Below, piece by piece: positions 13,861 through 27,884 of a stretch of DNA of 64,000 bases. The first letter of the stretch is position 1, and each line of letters opens with the position of its first letter. This stretch comes from Octopus vulgaris (Eukaryota): contig OX597816.1 in NCBI GenBank assembly GCA_951406725.2, positions 56,172,001 through 56,236,000 on the forward strand, given 5' to 3'. The position numbers were made by a program, and so were the translations under genes. A model generated the notes under the pieces. That model saw only the letters and a list, made by a program, of their open reading frames with translations, was not told where the DNA came from and did not search any database.

Positions 13861-14652
13861 ATACAACCCACATCATAAACATAAAAAAATTAACAAAAAA
13901 ATTCTAACATATACATTGATACTTCAATAAATTTACTAAACTAATTCTCCCCGCCAATAACAAACAACTTATTAAAATTGAAGATATTCTAACCTCATAA
14001 GAAATACTTTGAGCAACTGCACGAACAGATCCTAACAAAGCATATTTAGAATTAGAAAATCAGGACTCGTGTCAGCTAGGGTCGTCACTCACTGAAGTAG
14101 TGAAGAAAATCGCTACCCACTAACTATGAAGTAGGTTCCAGAAATATCATTATTCTATATTTGTCCAAAGTCAAACTTTGACGACATTAGATATTTGTTT
14201 AAAGACAATATCATAGTTGGCTGAGAAGGTGACATTTCGGGTGGCTGTGTTCACGTTTTTAATTGTTCCCACGAATGTACACACGTACATATACACGCAC
14301 TCGTAATCAAACACACTCACACATGCATACACATAAACAGAAATATACACAGAGGCATACACAAACACACACACGTATGCATATATACATACATACACAC
14401 AGACACACACATAAAAGTCAAGAAGTGCCAGATATGAATAGAACAATGTTGTAAATGTCATTTACGTTTCAATCTTAACCTTTAATGTATGTACATATAT
14501 ATATATGCGCGTGTGTGTGTGTGAGTGTGTGTGTACACATGCATATGTATATACATATATATATATACATACATACATACATATATACATACATATAAGT
14601 ATATATATATATATATATATAGCTATAGATAGATACACACACACAAACGCAC

Positions 14653-14713
<61 letters not shown>

Positions 14714-14826
14714 CATACACATATGTATGCATTTGCATATATTGATATAGACCACATGTATATTCATTCATATATACACATATATACGTACATATATATA
14801 TGTGTGCGTGTGTTTGTGTGTTCGTC

Positions 14827-14877
<51 letters not shown>

Positions 14878-15028
14878 CAGGCATTATAGAGTTAAATCAT
14901 CGGTAAGCTAAACCGACGTCTTTCACACTTAGAGCGATTACATTTCACTGATGACTTCATTGGTAACATAGCCTCAGATGTCAGCCATCCACTCCACGAC
15001 TAGACACACACACACACACATACCACAC

Positions 15029-15105
<77 letters not shown>

Positions 15106-15487
15106 CACACACACATTCATACGCACTGACATTTACACATATACACACGCACATAAACGCACATTACACGTATGAATTACAATATTTAAACGCAAATGCT
15201 ACTCCAAGAAGCTTTGTCACAACATTGTAATTAGCAAATTTGGGGTAGCTGTTACCTACTTTGCAGGTCTGTCAGCCGCTCATTATTAGCTATTTTTCAT
15301 TCATTATGCACCCCAGCTTATATTGTGGTTATGAACCTTGCTTTGTACACCCACGGTCTCTGGATCAATCATCTTGCATAACTTTTTGACCAATCGTCTT
15401 CTATAATACACTGAGTTGTACCAAAGTATTGTGGGCCAAAGTTGTTAAATTGCATCTCCAAAATTGTTGAATGGTATCTCTTGTTAA

Positions 15488-15905
15488 GGGCGGCGAGCTG
15501 GCACAATCGTTAGCACGCCGGGCGAAATGCGTAGCCGTATTTCGTCTGCCGTTACGTTCTGAGTTCAAATTCCGCCGAGGTCGACTTTGCCTTTCATCCT
15601 TTTGGGGTCGATAAATTGAGTACCAGTTACGCACTGGGGTCGATATAATCGACTTAATCCGTTTGTCTGTCCTTGTTTGTCCCCTCTGTGTTTAGCCCCT
15701 TGTGGGTAGTAAAGAAATAGGTATTCCGTCTGTCTTTACGTTCTGAGTTCAAATTCTGCCGCGGTCGACTTTGCCTTTTATCCTTTCGGGGTTGATAAAT
15801 TAAGCACCAATTACGCACTGGGGTCGATATAATCGACTTAATCCGTTTGTCTGTCCTTGTTTGTCCCCTCTATGTTTAGCTCCTTGTGGGTGGTAAAGAA
15901 ATAGG
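15488..15905 (+). mobile_element. SINE family A with tandemly duplicated 3' body and probable 13-bp TSD
   Basis: Body 15555-15720 is repeated at about 15737-15905; tcttgttaagggc at 15479-15491 and 15910-15922. Confidence 0.85.
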
Positions 15906-17073
15906 AATATCTTGTTAAGGGCAGGAGGATGGCATACGACCCGTTGTATACTGATATATTTTATTTGCGGCTTGATTTAACAAACCCATCTGGATTTTGA
16001 CTGCCTTCAGGTGAGTCCCTTCCGTTACAAGCATACAGTCAATGCCTCCAGTTTGAGTATATCCCATGATTCATAGCTGTATCGCTACTTCACCGTCTGA
16101 GGCCGTAATGGAAGTTCGTATGATATTTATTTGCTCTTCTTACTAAGCTATGAACAACAGAATTGAAGGGTATGTTTCTACATTGGCAAATGTTTCAGAA
16201 GTTAGCAACTTTATACCGTACTTAGATTACATTTCTGTGGAAGTTCTTCACAGCGCAACCGACGATGGGTGTGTTTCTGAGGTTGGGTCTTAGCAAAGAG
16301 AGGTGAGGTTTTAGAAGTAAACGGCTTTCCTTCATGATCAAATTCTTGATAATAAGTAAAGAGCATCAAACGTTCTAGAATTCTAGACGATCGTTTTACA
16401 CTGCTAATGACGTGAATACGTATGTGTGCGCATGTGAGCATGTGTATGTTTGTATTCACGTATATAAATATACGCATACATATAAGCATATGAATGTGTG
16501 AGTGCGCTTGTATATGCGATGGTGGATGTTAACATCCGAGTGTAAATGAGTGTGTGTGTGGGGGGGGTATACGCACAAGCATACATTTAAGGTGTTTTCG
16601 AAGAGTGTACATTATTAAAATATTTCTCGCTTTCTACGTTGGAAGAAAATCCTATTTTGTGCTATTAATGTGCAAGTTTCTTCCTATGTTCAATATTGTA
16701 ACCATATTCTTTGTCTACATGTGTGTGTGTGTGTGTGTGTGTGCGCGCGCATGCGCATGGGTGTGGGTAGTTTTTCTCTCATACAGGTGCGTGACTGGCG
16801 TTTATCCATTTCGTTATCGAATCCGAATCTAGTTTAACGATTTTGAGGAATCTTTTTAAAACGATATCAAAGAAAACGAACGAAAACCTCCTCCTCCTCC
16901 TCCTCCTCCTAATTAAAGAGTTAAACCACTTGGGTGAGTTTGGGCCTATGTCAGCAGCTACTATCTCTGTATACGCCAATGCGTATGCATACTATTAAGG
17001 ATGCGCATGCACACTCACATATGCATATATATTTACATGTATACATGTATATGCAAATATATCTAGGAATGTT

Positions 17074-17140
<67 letters not shown>

Positions 17141-17260
17141 GCATCCACGCAGATAAATGCACACGTAGGCACATAAAGAAAGGAAAAATGATGACGTACT
17201 GAAAAGAGATGGAATGATAAGCAAATCACAAACTGTTACAGACTCTCATCATAAATAATA

Positions 17261-17365
<105 letters not shown>

Positions 17366-17422
17366 TATATATATATATTCGATTCGTTTGGTTTCGTTTC
17401 GTTTCTTCTTCTTCTCTAAGCT

Positions 17423-17470
<48 letters not shown>

Positions 17471-17634
17471 TATACACTTACACACGAAGCCACATATATA
17501 CGCATGCATGCAAAAATACATATATGCATTTCTGTACATGTGGTTACACATAGGTATATGTGTGCGTGTATATATATATATATATCTATATATATATATG
17601 TGTGTGTATGTATGTATAGGTATATGTGTGCGTG

Positions 17635-17665
<31 letters not shown>

Positions 17666-17676
17666 ATATATATATA

Positions 17677-17737
<61 letters not shown>

Positions 17738-18246
17738 ATGTATATGTATGGGTATATATAAACGTTAATGATTGTGGTATTAGCAATCTGGTTATGTAAT
17801 CGATTGACAAAAGTGTTGAACGCTGAACGATTGCTACTGAGAAAAGGTGTTATTTATGGCAACATAATGCGCTACATGTGCTGTTTATCTGGTTTCTTTT
17901 AGGATTGAAACGTCAACGAAATACGTAATATAAGGCTAATGTCTAATACAAGCATAATTCATTATAAAATAAGATACTATTTCGCATACTTAATGCACCT
18001 GTGTTGGCCAACGACCGGAATTTGTTTCGATGGCGAATCGATTATGTTCAACGATAAGCTGAAATAACAGCGAAATATCAGTATCTATCGTTTTTGTTCA
18101 GCTCCGGCGCGATTCGTTTCGCCTGTCATTGACAGATACTGTGTTTTTCTTTCATACTCTATATTTTAAAGCGACCTTCTCTGGACGAAATTTCGCAGTC
18201 TAAAAGCGTTGAACAACATACAAGTTAGTGATTTTTACTATACATA

Positions 18247-18318
<72 letters not shown>

Positions 18319-18774
18319 ATTTAATTAAGTATCACTAACATTATTTTTAATAATGTTAGTGGTAAGGTGGCTTGCAAGTTTAGACATTTATAGGCAAAAT
18401 ATAAATAAAACACAGAAGGGTATTGAAATACTGCTTTCTATGAAGAGAGCTGTCGCTCTCAACAACAATTTACTCACTCTAAAAATACACACGGTGGATG
18501 TGATAAATATAACACAGACAGGCTTACCTTGCATGGAATACATAAGTAAGGATGTGTATATTCCAGGCTTCATAGATTTCGCTTTATGTATTTTAAAAAA
18601 TACTTAAGCTCATCATCTGCACTAAACACTTAATCAGTTATTTTCTGAAATATTCATCAGATTACACCGTGTGCGTTCTTCATTTGAATGCCCCGTGACA
18701 TTAAAAAAAACGAACATAACGTGAGTTCATTATTTACATTTGACGGATATTTGTCCTCATCTTTTTTTGTTTTT

Positions 18775-18820
18775 AACACAACATTTCGGCTGATATACCC
18801 TCCAGCCTTCATCAGGTATC
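18775..18820 (-). ncRNA. PLE-type minimal hammerhead ribozyme motif
   Basis: RC: gatac-CTGATGA-a-ggctg-gagggtatat-cagcc-GAAA-tgtt-gtgtt. Confidence 0.65.
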
Positions 18821-18954
18821 TTGGGGGAAATTTCAAGCCTGGGCTCCCATTCCTGCGCCATATGCCCACGAGCATGTTGCGTAGTGGTTAAGAGCGCAGG
18901 CAACAAACCCCAAGATTCCGAGTTCGATTCGAGGCAGTGAATTTGAATAATAAT

Positions 18955-19030
<76 letters not shown>

Positions 19031-19078
19031 TTGGAAAAATACCTTAGAAATGAGAACCCACGTTCGAAATTTCCACAA

Positions 19079-19124
19079 GACTCCTGATGAAGGCTAGAGG
19101 GTATATCAGCCGAAATGTTGTGTT
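19079..19124 (+). ncRNA. PLE-type minimal hammerhead ribozyme motif
   Basis: gactc-CTGATGA-a-ggct-agagggtatatc-agcc-GAAA-tgtt-gtgtt. Confidence 0.6.
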
Positions 19125-19254
19125 AACAACAAACAAGGTGAGGACAAATATCCGTCAAATGTAAATAATGTACATAATTCCTCATCTCTTAAATGTAGAA
19201 CTGAATAATGTGAGTTAATAAGTTTGAATTTAAATAAATATCACTAACATTATT

Positions 19255-19311
<57 letters not shown>

Positions 19312-19867
19312 TGTATGTATACGTATGTTGGTGCGAACTGGAAAAATACAACTACCCCTATGTACGTGTGTGTGTGTGTGTGTGTGTATTTGTACGTGTG
19401 TGTGCGTACATACATACATGTGTGTGTATGTATGAAAAACCATGATAAATTGTAGATATGTGGGAATTGGGCATTGCACGAGAAGTTAATGATTAGTAAT
19501 CAATGAAGGACGCTAAGTGCCCTCTACCAATAAACCTATAAGACAAGTGATCCAGTCCAGCAACGGGTAGTTTGCAGAGCTGGTTGAAGTCTTTCTATGG
19601 GTGAAACTGAGAGAGATCCGTCCAACAGACTTTCTCAACCATAGAGATACTTCTTAAGGGAGGTGTTCACAATCATTCAACATTTGTACCACCATCACCA
19701 CCCTTGCTACTAACGAGAACGCTACCATCTCCATCATTACAGCCATCACTACCGTCGTTGTCATCATCATCATTATCATCATCACCATCACTATGAAACA
19801 TCGTGTTCTAGTTCAGTAATCGATTTCCTTCCTCTATTTCTACATAGTACATATATATATATATTCT

Positions 19868-19945
<78 letters not shown>

Positions 19946-20091
19946 ACTCACTCACTCTCTCACTTGCGACATTTTTCTCATTTGGCAATTCTCTTTATTC
20001 CATTCTTGCTTCCACCATTCTTTTTCTTTATTCTTCCTCTTACTTTTCGTTCCTCCAATTTTTGGCTCTAACGTCAATGGTATTCTCCGCC

Positions 20092-20162
<71 letters not shown>

Positions 20163-20539
20163 CTGTCTCTCACCCTTTAGACACATTCCAGTAGACCAAT
20201 ATACTGGAGATGGTAGAGACTGTTAATCACAGCAATGAGGAGTGCCATTATTTTGGTTAATTCATGATTGTGCTTTCAAACCCTAGAGGTTACATTTACC
20301 TTTCATCTCACGCGTATCGATCAAATATTCACCAGTAAGATATCAGATCGATGCCATTACCTAAATATCGCTTCTACAGACAGCCAACTCCATTCCAGTT
20401 ATTTCTACATGTTTCCGAATGTTAGATAAATTATTAGTCGTCATCAAACTATTTCCATTTTATGCAATCCGATACTCTTTCCTTCTTTCGACCCTAAATT
20501 GCTTTTCATTTCTGTATTGTTTTTATTATTATTACATAC

Positions 20540-20705
20540 CGCACGAAATGCTTAGCTTCTGCGTTCAAATTCCTCCGAAGTCGACTTTTCCCCTTCGTGC
20601 TTTCAGGGTCGATAAAATAAGTGCCAGTTGAGCACGGGTCGATGAAATCGACTTACCCCTCCTGCGAAATTGCTCGCCTTGTACCAAAATTTGAAGCCAT
20701 TATTT
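20540..20705 (+). mobile_element. SINE family A, degenerate
   Basis: gcgttcaaattcctccgaagtcgacttt...gggtcgataaaataagtgccag. Confidence 0.65.
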
Positions 20706-20724
20706 TGATTATCATTATACTGGG

Positions 20725-21230
20725 ACACCATCAAAGTGACACTGGGGTAAAATATACGAAGCCCAGTATACCCATCATGACTACTCATCTGATAAGGTTA
20801 CACCAGGTACATGCATCACAACCATATGTGCGCGACATGGTGATCTCATATCAAGCTAAACAACGCATGACCTTGCAGGTGGGACCCAGTTAGGACTTTC
20901 TTCTGGTCGAGTAGCACATCCCGCTGAAATGGTCTCTCAATAACGATTATTTAAGGATATTGAACGAATCACCCACGTTTCCAAAGGTGAATTAACCAAC
21001 CCCCCCAAAAAAAAAATTCCTCCCAACACATGGCTATGATGCTCCCCCACTACTCTTCGTGATCAGAAATGCAGATATTGTCAGCCACTAAGGGACATGC
21101 TCAACTGGTTAAGCTCAAACAACTGACCAGCAAATCTCTGGCATTGAACAGAATATTTGCTGCAGTCCATATTTTATACCAAGACAAAACAATGTACATG
21201 ATAACACTTCCAATCAGTTAAGATCAGAAG
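20725..21230 (-). mobile_element. Interspersed repeat (same family as 1-140) flanked by (TTA)-rich tracts
   Basis: Matches the RC of 1-120; degenerate TTA/TCA repeats on both sides. Confidence 0.6.
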
Positions 21231-21538
21231 ATATTATTATTATTATCATTAGTATTATGATCGTCGTCGTTGTTGTTATTATTGTTGATTCATTTTTGTA
21301 AATCTCAGACACTTAGATGTTAACCAGTCCGGACATTTCAGTTAAAGAGCAGTCAACAAGTTGACAAAGATCGCTTACTGTCTCTTCTCCTGTTTCTTAT
21401 ATAGACAAGACTTTCCTTAAAATCCTTACTGTACCAAGAAGTGTAACATTCTGCATAACATCTTGCATCAATTCTTCAAAACTGTCCAATATGCATTCTA
21501 GTTTGCATTTCTATATTTCGGGTGAGGACTCTTTTCCC

Positions 21539-21910
21539 GGGACATTTGGAAAAAGCGGCAGTTGGAATAAGTCGTTTGCTCAGACATATGAGGGAGGAAC
21601 GAGGGAGGTGATATGCGCAGACCGGTGTTGCTATAGCAACTAGTCTGCATCAGATAGTTCTATCATATTGTTAAGATGGGTCTCAATTCGTTTATAAGGA
21701 GGCCTCCATGATTCTGAGATTCTCCCAGCTGCGTTGGGGCTGCAGAGACAATCTCAGAATTACGGTGCCCTTTCCTTTGAAAAAAATTGAAACCAGCCAT
21801 TAGCAACAGGTTGCTATAGCAGCACCAATTTGTGCATGTTACCTTCCTCCTTCCTCCACCACACATCTGAGCAACGACTTTTTCCAACTACTGCTTTTCT
21901 AAAATGTCCC
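21539..21910. mobile_element. MITE with about 105-bp imperfect TIRs
   Basis: Left gggacatttggaaaaagcggcagttggaataagtcgtttgctcagac...gttgctatagcaac; RC of right gggacattttagaaaagcagtagttggaaaaagtcgttgctcagatg...gctgctatagcaac; TIR remnant also at about 61046-61093. Confidence 0.8.
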
Positions 21911-24522
21911 CAAAATGTAGAAATACAAGGTAAAACTGCAAGTCTGTTTTTTGTTTTATTTTTTTTGTAACTTCTCGCATTGTTCCGGCCTTACACAACA
22001 AATCGCTTTAAAGTTAAACCTCACCAAAACTACTTCACTTTACACACACGCGCACACACACACACACACACACATACACACACATACATGTATAAATGCA
22101 TATATGTGTATATATATACATATATACTTATTTGGAAAGGGATGCGTGGTATTCAATTAAATAAAGATATAAATAATATATATATAGATATAGATATATA
22201 GATATATGTACACACACACACACACACACATATAAAATGTATAGATACGACACAATGAGGAACAAGTTTTTGTGTAGATGCATAATCTATAAATTTGCGA
22301 ATTGATTAAAAGAATGATTTTGTGACTTTACATTTTAAACTATGTGTTATAATACTTTTCATTCTCTTCATCTAAGTAGTGAATTTCGGTACCTAGACAC
22401 CTTGCTAGCTATTTATTCATTTATATATGCCTCTCATTTTCCGCCCTGCTCCCTCACTCACCATTTTCAACACCATTTTCTGATTTACCAAAATTGCTGG
22501 GGTTTTTTTTTCTTCTCTCCGTTTAGCTTTCTTGACTAAGGACTTCAATTCGAAACGTCATATCTATCTGGTATACACTCGCGTAGTGATTTTATGAGGC
22601 TTGTTTAATGTATTTTTACCATTTGCTTCTCGCAAATCAGCTCAAATATTCCACAACCACCTGTATATATTCTTAAGCTTACTTTCTTCTTTCTTTTGTT
22701 TCTCTTATTTCCTTATCTCTCGTTATTCTTATTTTAGTCTTTGTATGAAATTTTCACTTTTGATATTGTATTTCTCCCTCTCTCTTATCACACCTCCCAT
22801 CAACTTTCACAAAAGAAAAAAAAAACTTAATAAACACCACAACGTTAATATCACTCTCTACATCTCTATTGCCTCCAGTGTCTCTCACTTATCTTCAATC
22901 ATTTTCTATTTCATTTATTCTCTATTTCATTTCACAATTTCCATCTCGTCTAATAATGCAATCTTATACTTTCTCAAACAAAACTAATATTCCATTATTT
23001 ATAATTTCACTATCTTTTCGCTATTATTATTTTTACTTTTTTTTTTCTATAGCATTTCTAAATAAATATTCATATATTTTATTTACATGGTTTCTTAATA
23101 TAATGATTTAGTGAAGAGATAGCAGTATTGTTAAGCTATGCAGTCGTTTTCAGTAACTACCTGGTGATATACTCATGGATGGACCACATCGATTGTTTAA
23201 TAACCTGTTCGGGACAAACATGGGGGAGACAACTGAGCTGGTGATTCGTGAAGTGTCATGGCGGATGTTCTTCTGCACATATCGCACGGATCCAGAACAA
23301 CTCACAATACTCATGCTTCTCCGTAAGACAGCAAGCACAGTGTGATTTGAGAAATGAGGCTGCTGCTATTTCTAGTAGAACGAGTGGACATGAAAAATTC
23401 TGAAAAGCAATGTTGGTTTATTCATGGAAATGCGAAATTTGGAATCAGTGGACATCAGTCATTGAAACGCTCATAATTTATAGAATATCTTCCAAAGACA
23501 AAATGTAAGAATTTCAGCAAGAACTGTCTCATTGATATGCACTGTATCCACTGAGGATAAGAATTTGTTGAAGACTTCCATAATATGACACTGGACTGTT
23601 CGATAAATATATTCTAGTTTTGACAGTATAGAGGAGGAAATGAGAAAATTGCAAGTTTTGCCTTTCTTAATGGCGGACATATGCGAACTGAGAGAAAACG
23701 AGGACTAAAAACGTCGTCATTATTGCATATTTCAGATAATCGATAATTGATAACGGATAAATTAATGTCAAATAATTAGTCATAATTGGATTGTTATTGA
23801 TCCAGATACCTTTGTACCCAGCTCCAGCACCAGTTAATTGTGATATATGAGAAAATCAACAGCTGTGCTGTCACGATGTGCACATGAATTCTAGAGTTGC
23901 ACAACAGCAGTACCACGTCTCTCTTTCTCTTTCTCTCTTTTTCTCTCTCTTTCTCACTCTTTCTCTCTCATCCTCATCAGCTTCGTATCCAGAGATAGAT
24001 GAGGTCAACATGACTGTACATTACTGGATGCAAGGGGATAGTCAGGATTTCAAGAGTGTCTCGTCGTGCAGCACACATCATTCCATGAAATATTCGGAAC
24101 CAGATTTTTTTTTCCTCCTCCGCCCAATGCAGTAGTCTCAAGTTCGGGTAGAAATATCCAAGCTCACCAAGGCTTTGAGATGTGTGGAAGCAGTTTGATG
24201 GGATGTGGTCTTAGTGTACATCACAGTTTCTTGGAATCCCCAGTGAGAGCTGGACGCCAGGCTGGGGGGCTGGAGTCAATTGTGGCCGATTGGTTCCTGA
24301 TGAAACAGAAGTCGTCCCACCCCATAATAACAGCAGTCCTCACACCACACCCATACTAACAGCACTACTAGCCATTCTCAAACTTCCCGGCACGAAATAA
24401 ACGTTACCATATCAATAAAGACCCTTTAGACGGACGGAGTGTGGCTCTTCGCTCATTTCTTTCATAAACAGTGTCACTGTAAATACATACTTCCATATAC
24501 GGGCATGCACTAAAAATATTCA

Positions 24523-24584
<62 letters not shown>

Positions 24585-24621
24585 CCTTCTCTCTCTCTCT
24601 TTCTCGATCCCCCTCTCTCTC

Positions 24622-24682
<61 letters not shown>

Positions 24683-24686
<4 letters not shown>

Positions 24687-25094
24687 GTATAAAACTGGCC
24701 TCAAAAAGGATAGACGGCTTTTGAAGTGTATGCGCTTGAATATATGGGTGTGCGTTTGTGTGTGTGCGTGTGTGTGTGTGAATGTGTAGGTGTGTGCGTG
24801 TGAATGTGTAGGTGTGTGATCTCTCTCTCTTTCTCGACCCCCCTCTCTCTTTCTCTCTCTATCTCTCTCTCTCGCTCCCTCTCTCTCTCTCTCTCTCTAA
24901 CGCACACACACACGCGCGCACACACCTACACATTCACACGCACACACACACACGCCCACACCTACACATTCACACACACACGCACACACCTACACATTCA
25001 CACACACACGCACACACACAAACGCACACCCATATATTCAAGCGCATACACTTCAAAAGCCGTCTATCATTTTTGAGGCCAGTTTTATACATTG
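24683..25094. repeat. Fold-back inverted duplication between (CT)n and (AG)n tracts
   Basis: caatgtataaaactggcctcaaaaaggatagacggcttttgaagtgtatgcgcttgaatatatgggtgtgcg... is the RC of about 24965-25094 with about 1 mismatch in the non-microsatellite part. Confidence 0.9.
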
Positions 25095-26326
25095 AGAGAG
25101 AGAGAGAGAGAGAGAGAGGGGAGAGAGAGAGAGAGACGGAGAGACAAGAAGTGACAAGGAGAGAGACGGAAGAGAGAACGCGTTTTGGAGGGAAGTAGAG
25201 AGAATGTGTGTAAGCATGTGAGAGAGATCGTGTAAGAGAAAGGACGGGAATGTGTGTAGATGTACATGCATGTGTGCGAGTGTGTGTGTGTGTGCATGTG
25301 TGTGTGCGTGAGTGCGTGTGTGTATGTGTGTGCGTGTATGTTTGTGTGTGTGTGTGTGCGCATGTGCGAATGTGTATGTTTATGTGTGTGTGCATGCGTG
25401 TGTGTGTGTGTGCATGCGTGTGTGTGTGTGTGTGTGTGTGCATGCGTGTGTGTGTGTGTGCATGCGTGTGTGTGTGACTGAGTGTTTGTGTGAGTGAGTG
25501 TGTGCATGCATGTGTGTGTGACTGAGTGTTTGTGTGAGTGAGTGTGTGCATGCGTGTGTGTGTGTTTGCGTGTGTGTGTGTGTGCATGCGTGTGTGTGTG
25601 TGCATGCGTGTGTGTATGTGCATGCGTGTGTGTGTGTGCATGGGTGTGTGTGCATGCGTGTGTGTGTGACTGAGTGTTTGTGTGAGTGAGTGTGTGCACG
25701 TGTGTGTGTTTGCGTGTGTGTGTGTATGCGCGCGCGTGTGTGTGTGTGTGTGACTGAGTGTTTGTGTGAGTGTGTATGTATGAGTGAGTGCGCGTGTGTG
25801 TGTGTGTGTGTGCGCGTGTATGTAATGAGCACTATCTAATAGCTGTCTAACTGTGAAGATGATACTGTGTGTTTTCCACTTGAAATGTCCGATCCATCAA
25901 AAGATGTTAGTCTCGATGTGATGTAGAAACACGAAAGAGCTTTATTCTAAATAGCGAATTCTATATTGTATTGTATAGTTTAATGCTTAGATTTGATTCA
26001 TATCCGGTATCTTGCTTTAAATAAATATTTCCAAGTAGCTTTCGCTTGGAAGGATTAAAAAGGAATTGTGAAAAACAGTTGCGCATCGGTGAGAACCGAT
26101 TAGATCAAACTGATGGAGATTTTTACAGAATAACGGCGGTGAACAGACGGGACAATGAATGGCAGGAGGAAGTGAAACGTTGCCATGGTCGTAAAGACAC
26201 ATACAAAATTATCCTATTTTTTGTGTTGAAATTCCAATGAAGGAGTCTTGGATCTAGGTTAGAAACCGGCTCTTTCTCTTTGGCAAGAAATCTTGAACTA
26301 AACTGAACAATGTCATACATATATAC

Positions 26327-26387
<61 letters not shown>

Positions 26388-26521
26388 CAGCCGAAATTGC
26401 GAGGACGATCCGGTTCTTGACTGAAGATTAGAGGCTTCGAATGACCCGTCCGTTTTTTGTGTCGTCTATTTGAATGTTTTGAGTTCTTGTCCCATTTTGT
26501 ATTTTCATATATATTTTTTAT

Positions 26522-26618
<97 letters not shown>

Positions 26619-27884
26619 CATACATACATACATACATACAAAAATATGTGATGTTCACACTTTTATACACGAAGAGAAATCCTGAGGCCCAAACCGGAAA
26701 GGAGCAGGCTCTTTGAAATAATCGTTTAACATTTGTAAGTAACATTTCTTTGCTATTATGTTAAACAGTCGAATGTTCAAATTTGGCCAAAGGCGTATTT
26801 TTTTTCTCAACATTTAACTTTGCTTGCGATAGCCGGTTCTTTTGGTGAAACTATCGTATCTCCAGCTGCTTCAGATGCCAAGATATAAAAATTATCAAAG
26901 TGTAGTACAATATCAAACATGCATCCAACAAAGTAGTATTGTTAAGCTGAAGCTTGCTAATGTAAAAAGAAACTATTTTGTTTTTTGAGAAAGCATCGTT
27001 TTGGGCTTACGACACTTTTACATAATAGCAACAATTTGCAAGTGACTCTGCATGCAACTTCTACCCCTGTTTCCAATCTCTCTGATATCATTTTGTTGAA
27101 CTTTGATTTAAATCGCTGACGCTAATTAAGTCTAATTCATCAATGATATCGACTCATTACATATCTATAATTAGACTTGCCGATGAGTTTTGAAACATAC
27201 TTTTGAAAACGTCCACAGAGCGAGATTGAACAGAAAATCACGGAGTTGTGAGACAAACCACATAACAACACGTCTACAGCAGTGTCCAATAACCAACGAA
27301 AGACATTTGCTTCGACAGTGCCATGTCTTGCGGCCTCAACAACGCAAATAATTTATTTATTTATTTAAATTCTTCGAAAACAAAGTAAATGTGGTAATAT
27401 TGTTTGTCTTGGCAGCACCCTGAAGCGTTGCAACAGCTTCAACAACAACACCACCACAGTTACCACCACCACCACCAGAAACAACGGCAGTGTTAAAACA
27501 TTAATACATATTCTTTTTCCCTATGATCTCTCTCTCTCTCTCCTTTTATACATATATATATATATATATATAGGTAAGAACGCAAGTGTGTGAAAGCACG
27601 TGCTTGGATGTATAAAAAATAGAAAAGAATGAAAAACTACAGAAGGCGTGGTTTATAAGGTTAAAGAATATATCTAAGTCGTAATGTTAGAAAAATGTTA
27701 GAAAAGTTTGTTATAGTAACATAGTTTTTGGAGAAATAACCGGTTTCGTGTAAACTTTTAAAATTTCTCAAATTTCTTTACCTACGTCGTGTCATGTCTT
27801 CGTTATGAAGTGCAAAGAAGAGTTCCCGGCAGGGGGAGGTAATCAGGGATTACTTCCCCCTGAAAAAATAATGAAAACTTTGTC

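Larger units (their letters stand above)
18728..19203 (+). mobile_element. Composite non-autonomous retroelement: inverted HHR arm, tRNA-like head, (AAT)n, HHR-bearing tail
   Basis: Arms 18728-18855 and 19045-19170 are inverted near-copies; A box ttgcgtagtgg 18877-18887; B box gagttcgattc 18920-18930. Confidence 0.7.

Noticed and set aside
24970-25832. 200+ aa His/Thr- or Cys/Val-rich ORFs, and the many similar YI/HT/CV/LS ORFs across the window
   Set aside because: Dinucleotide and tetranucleotide microsatellite translations
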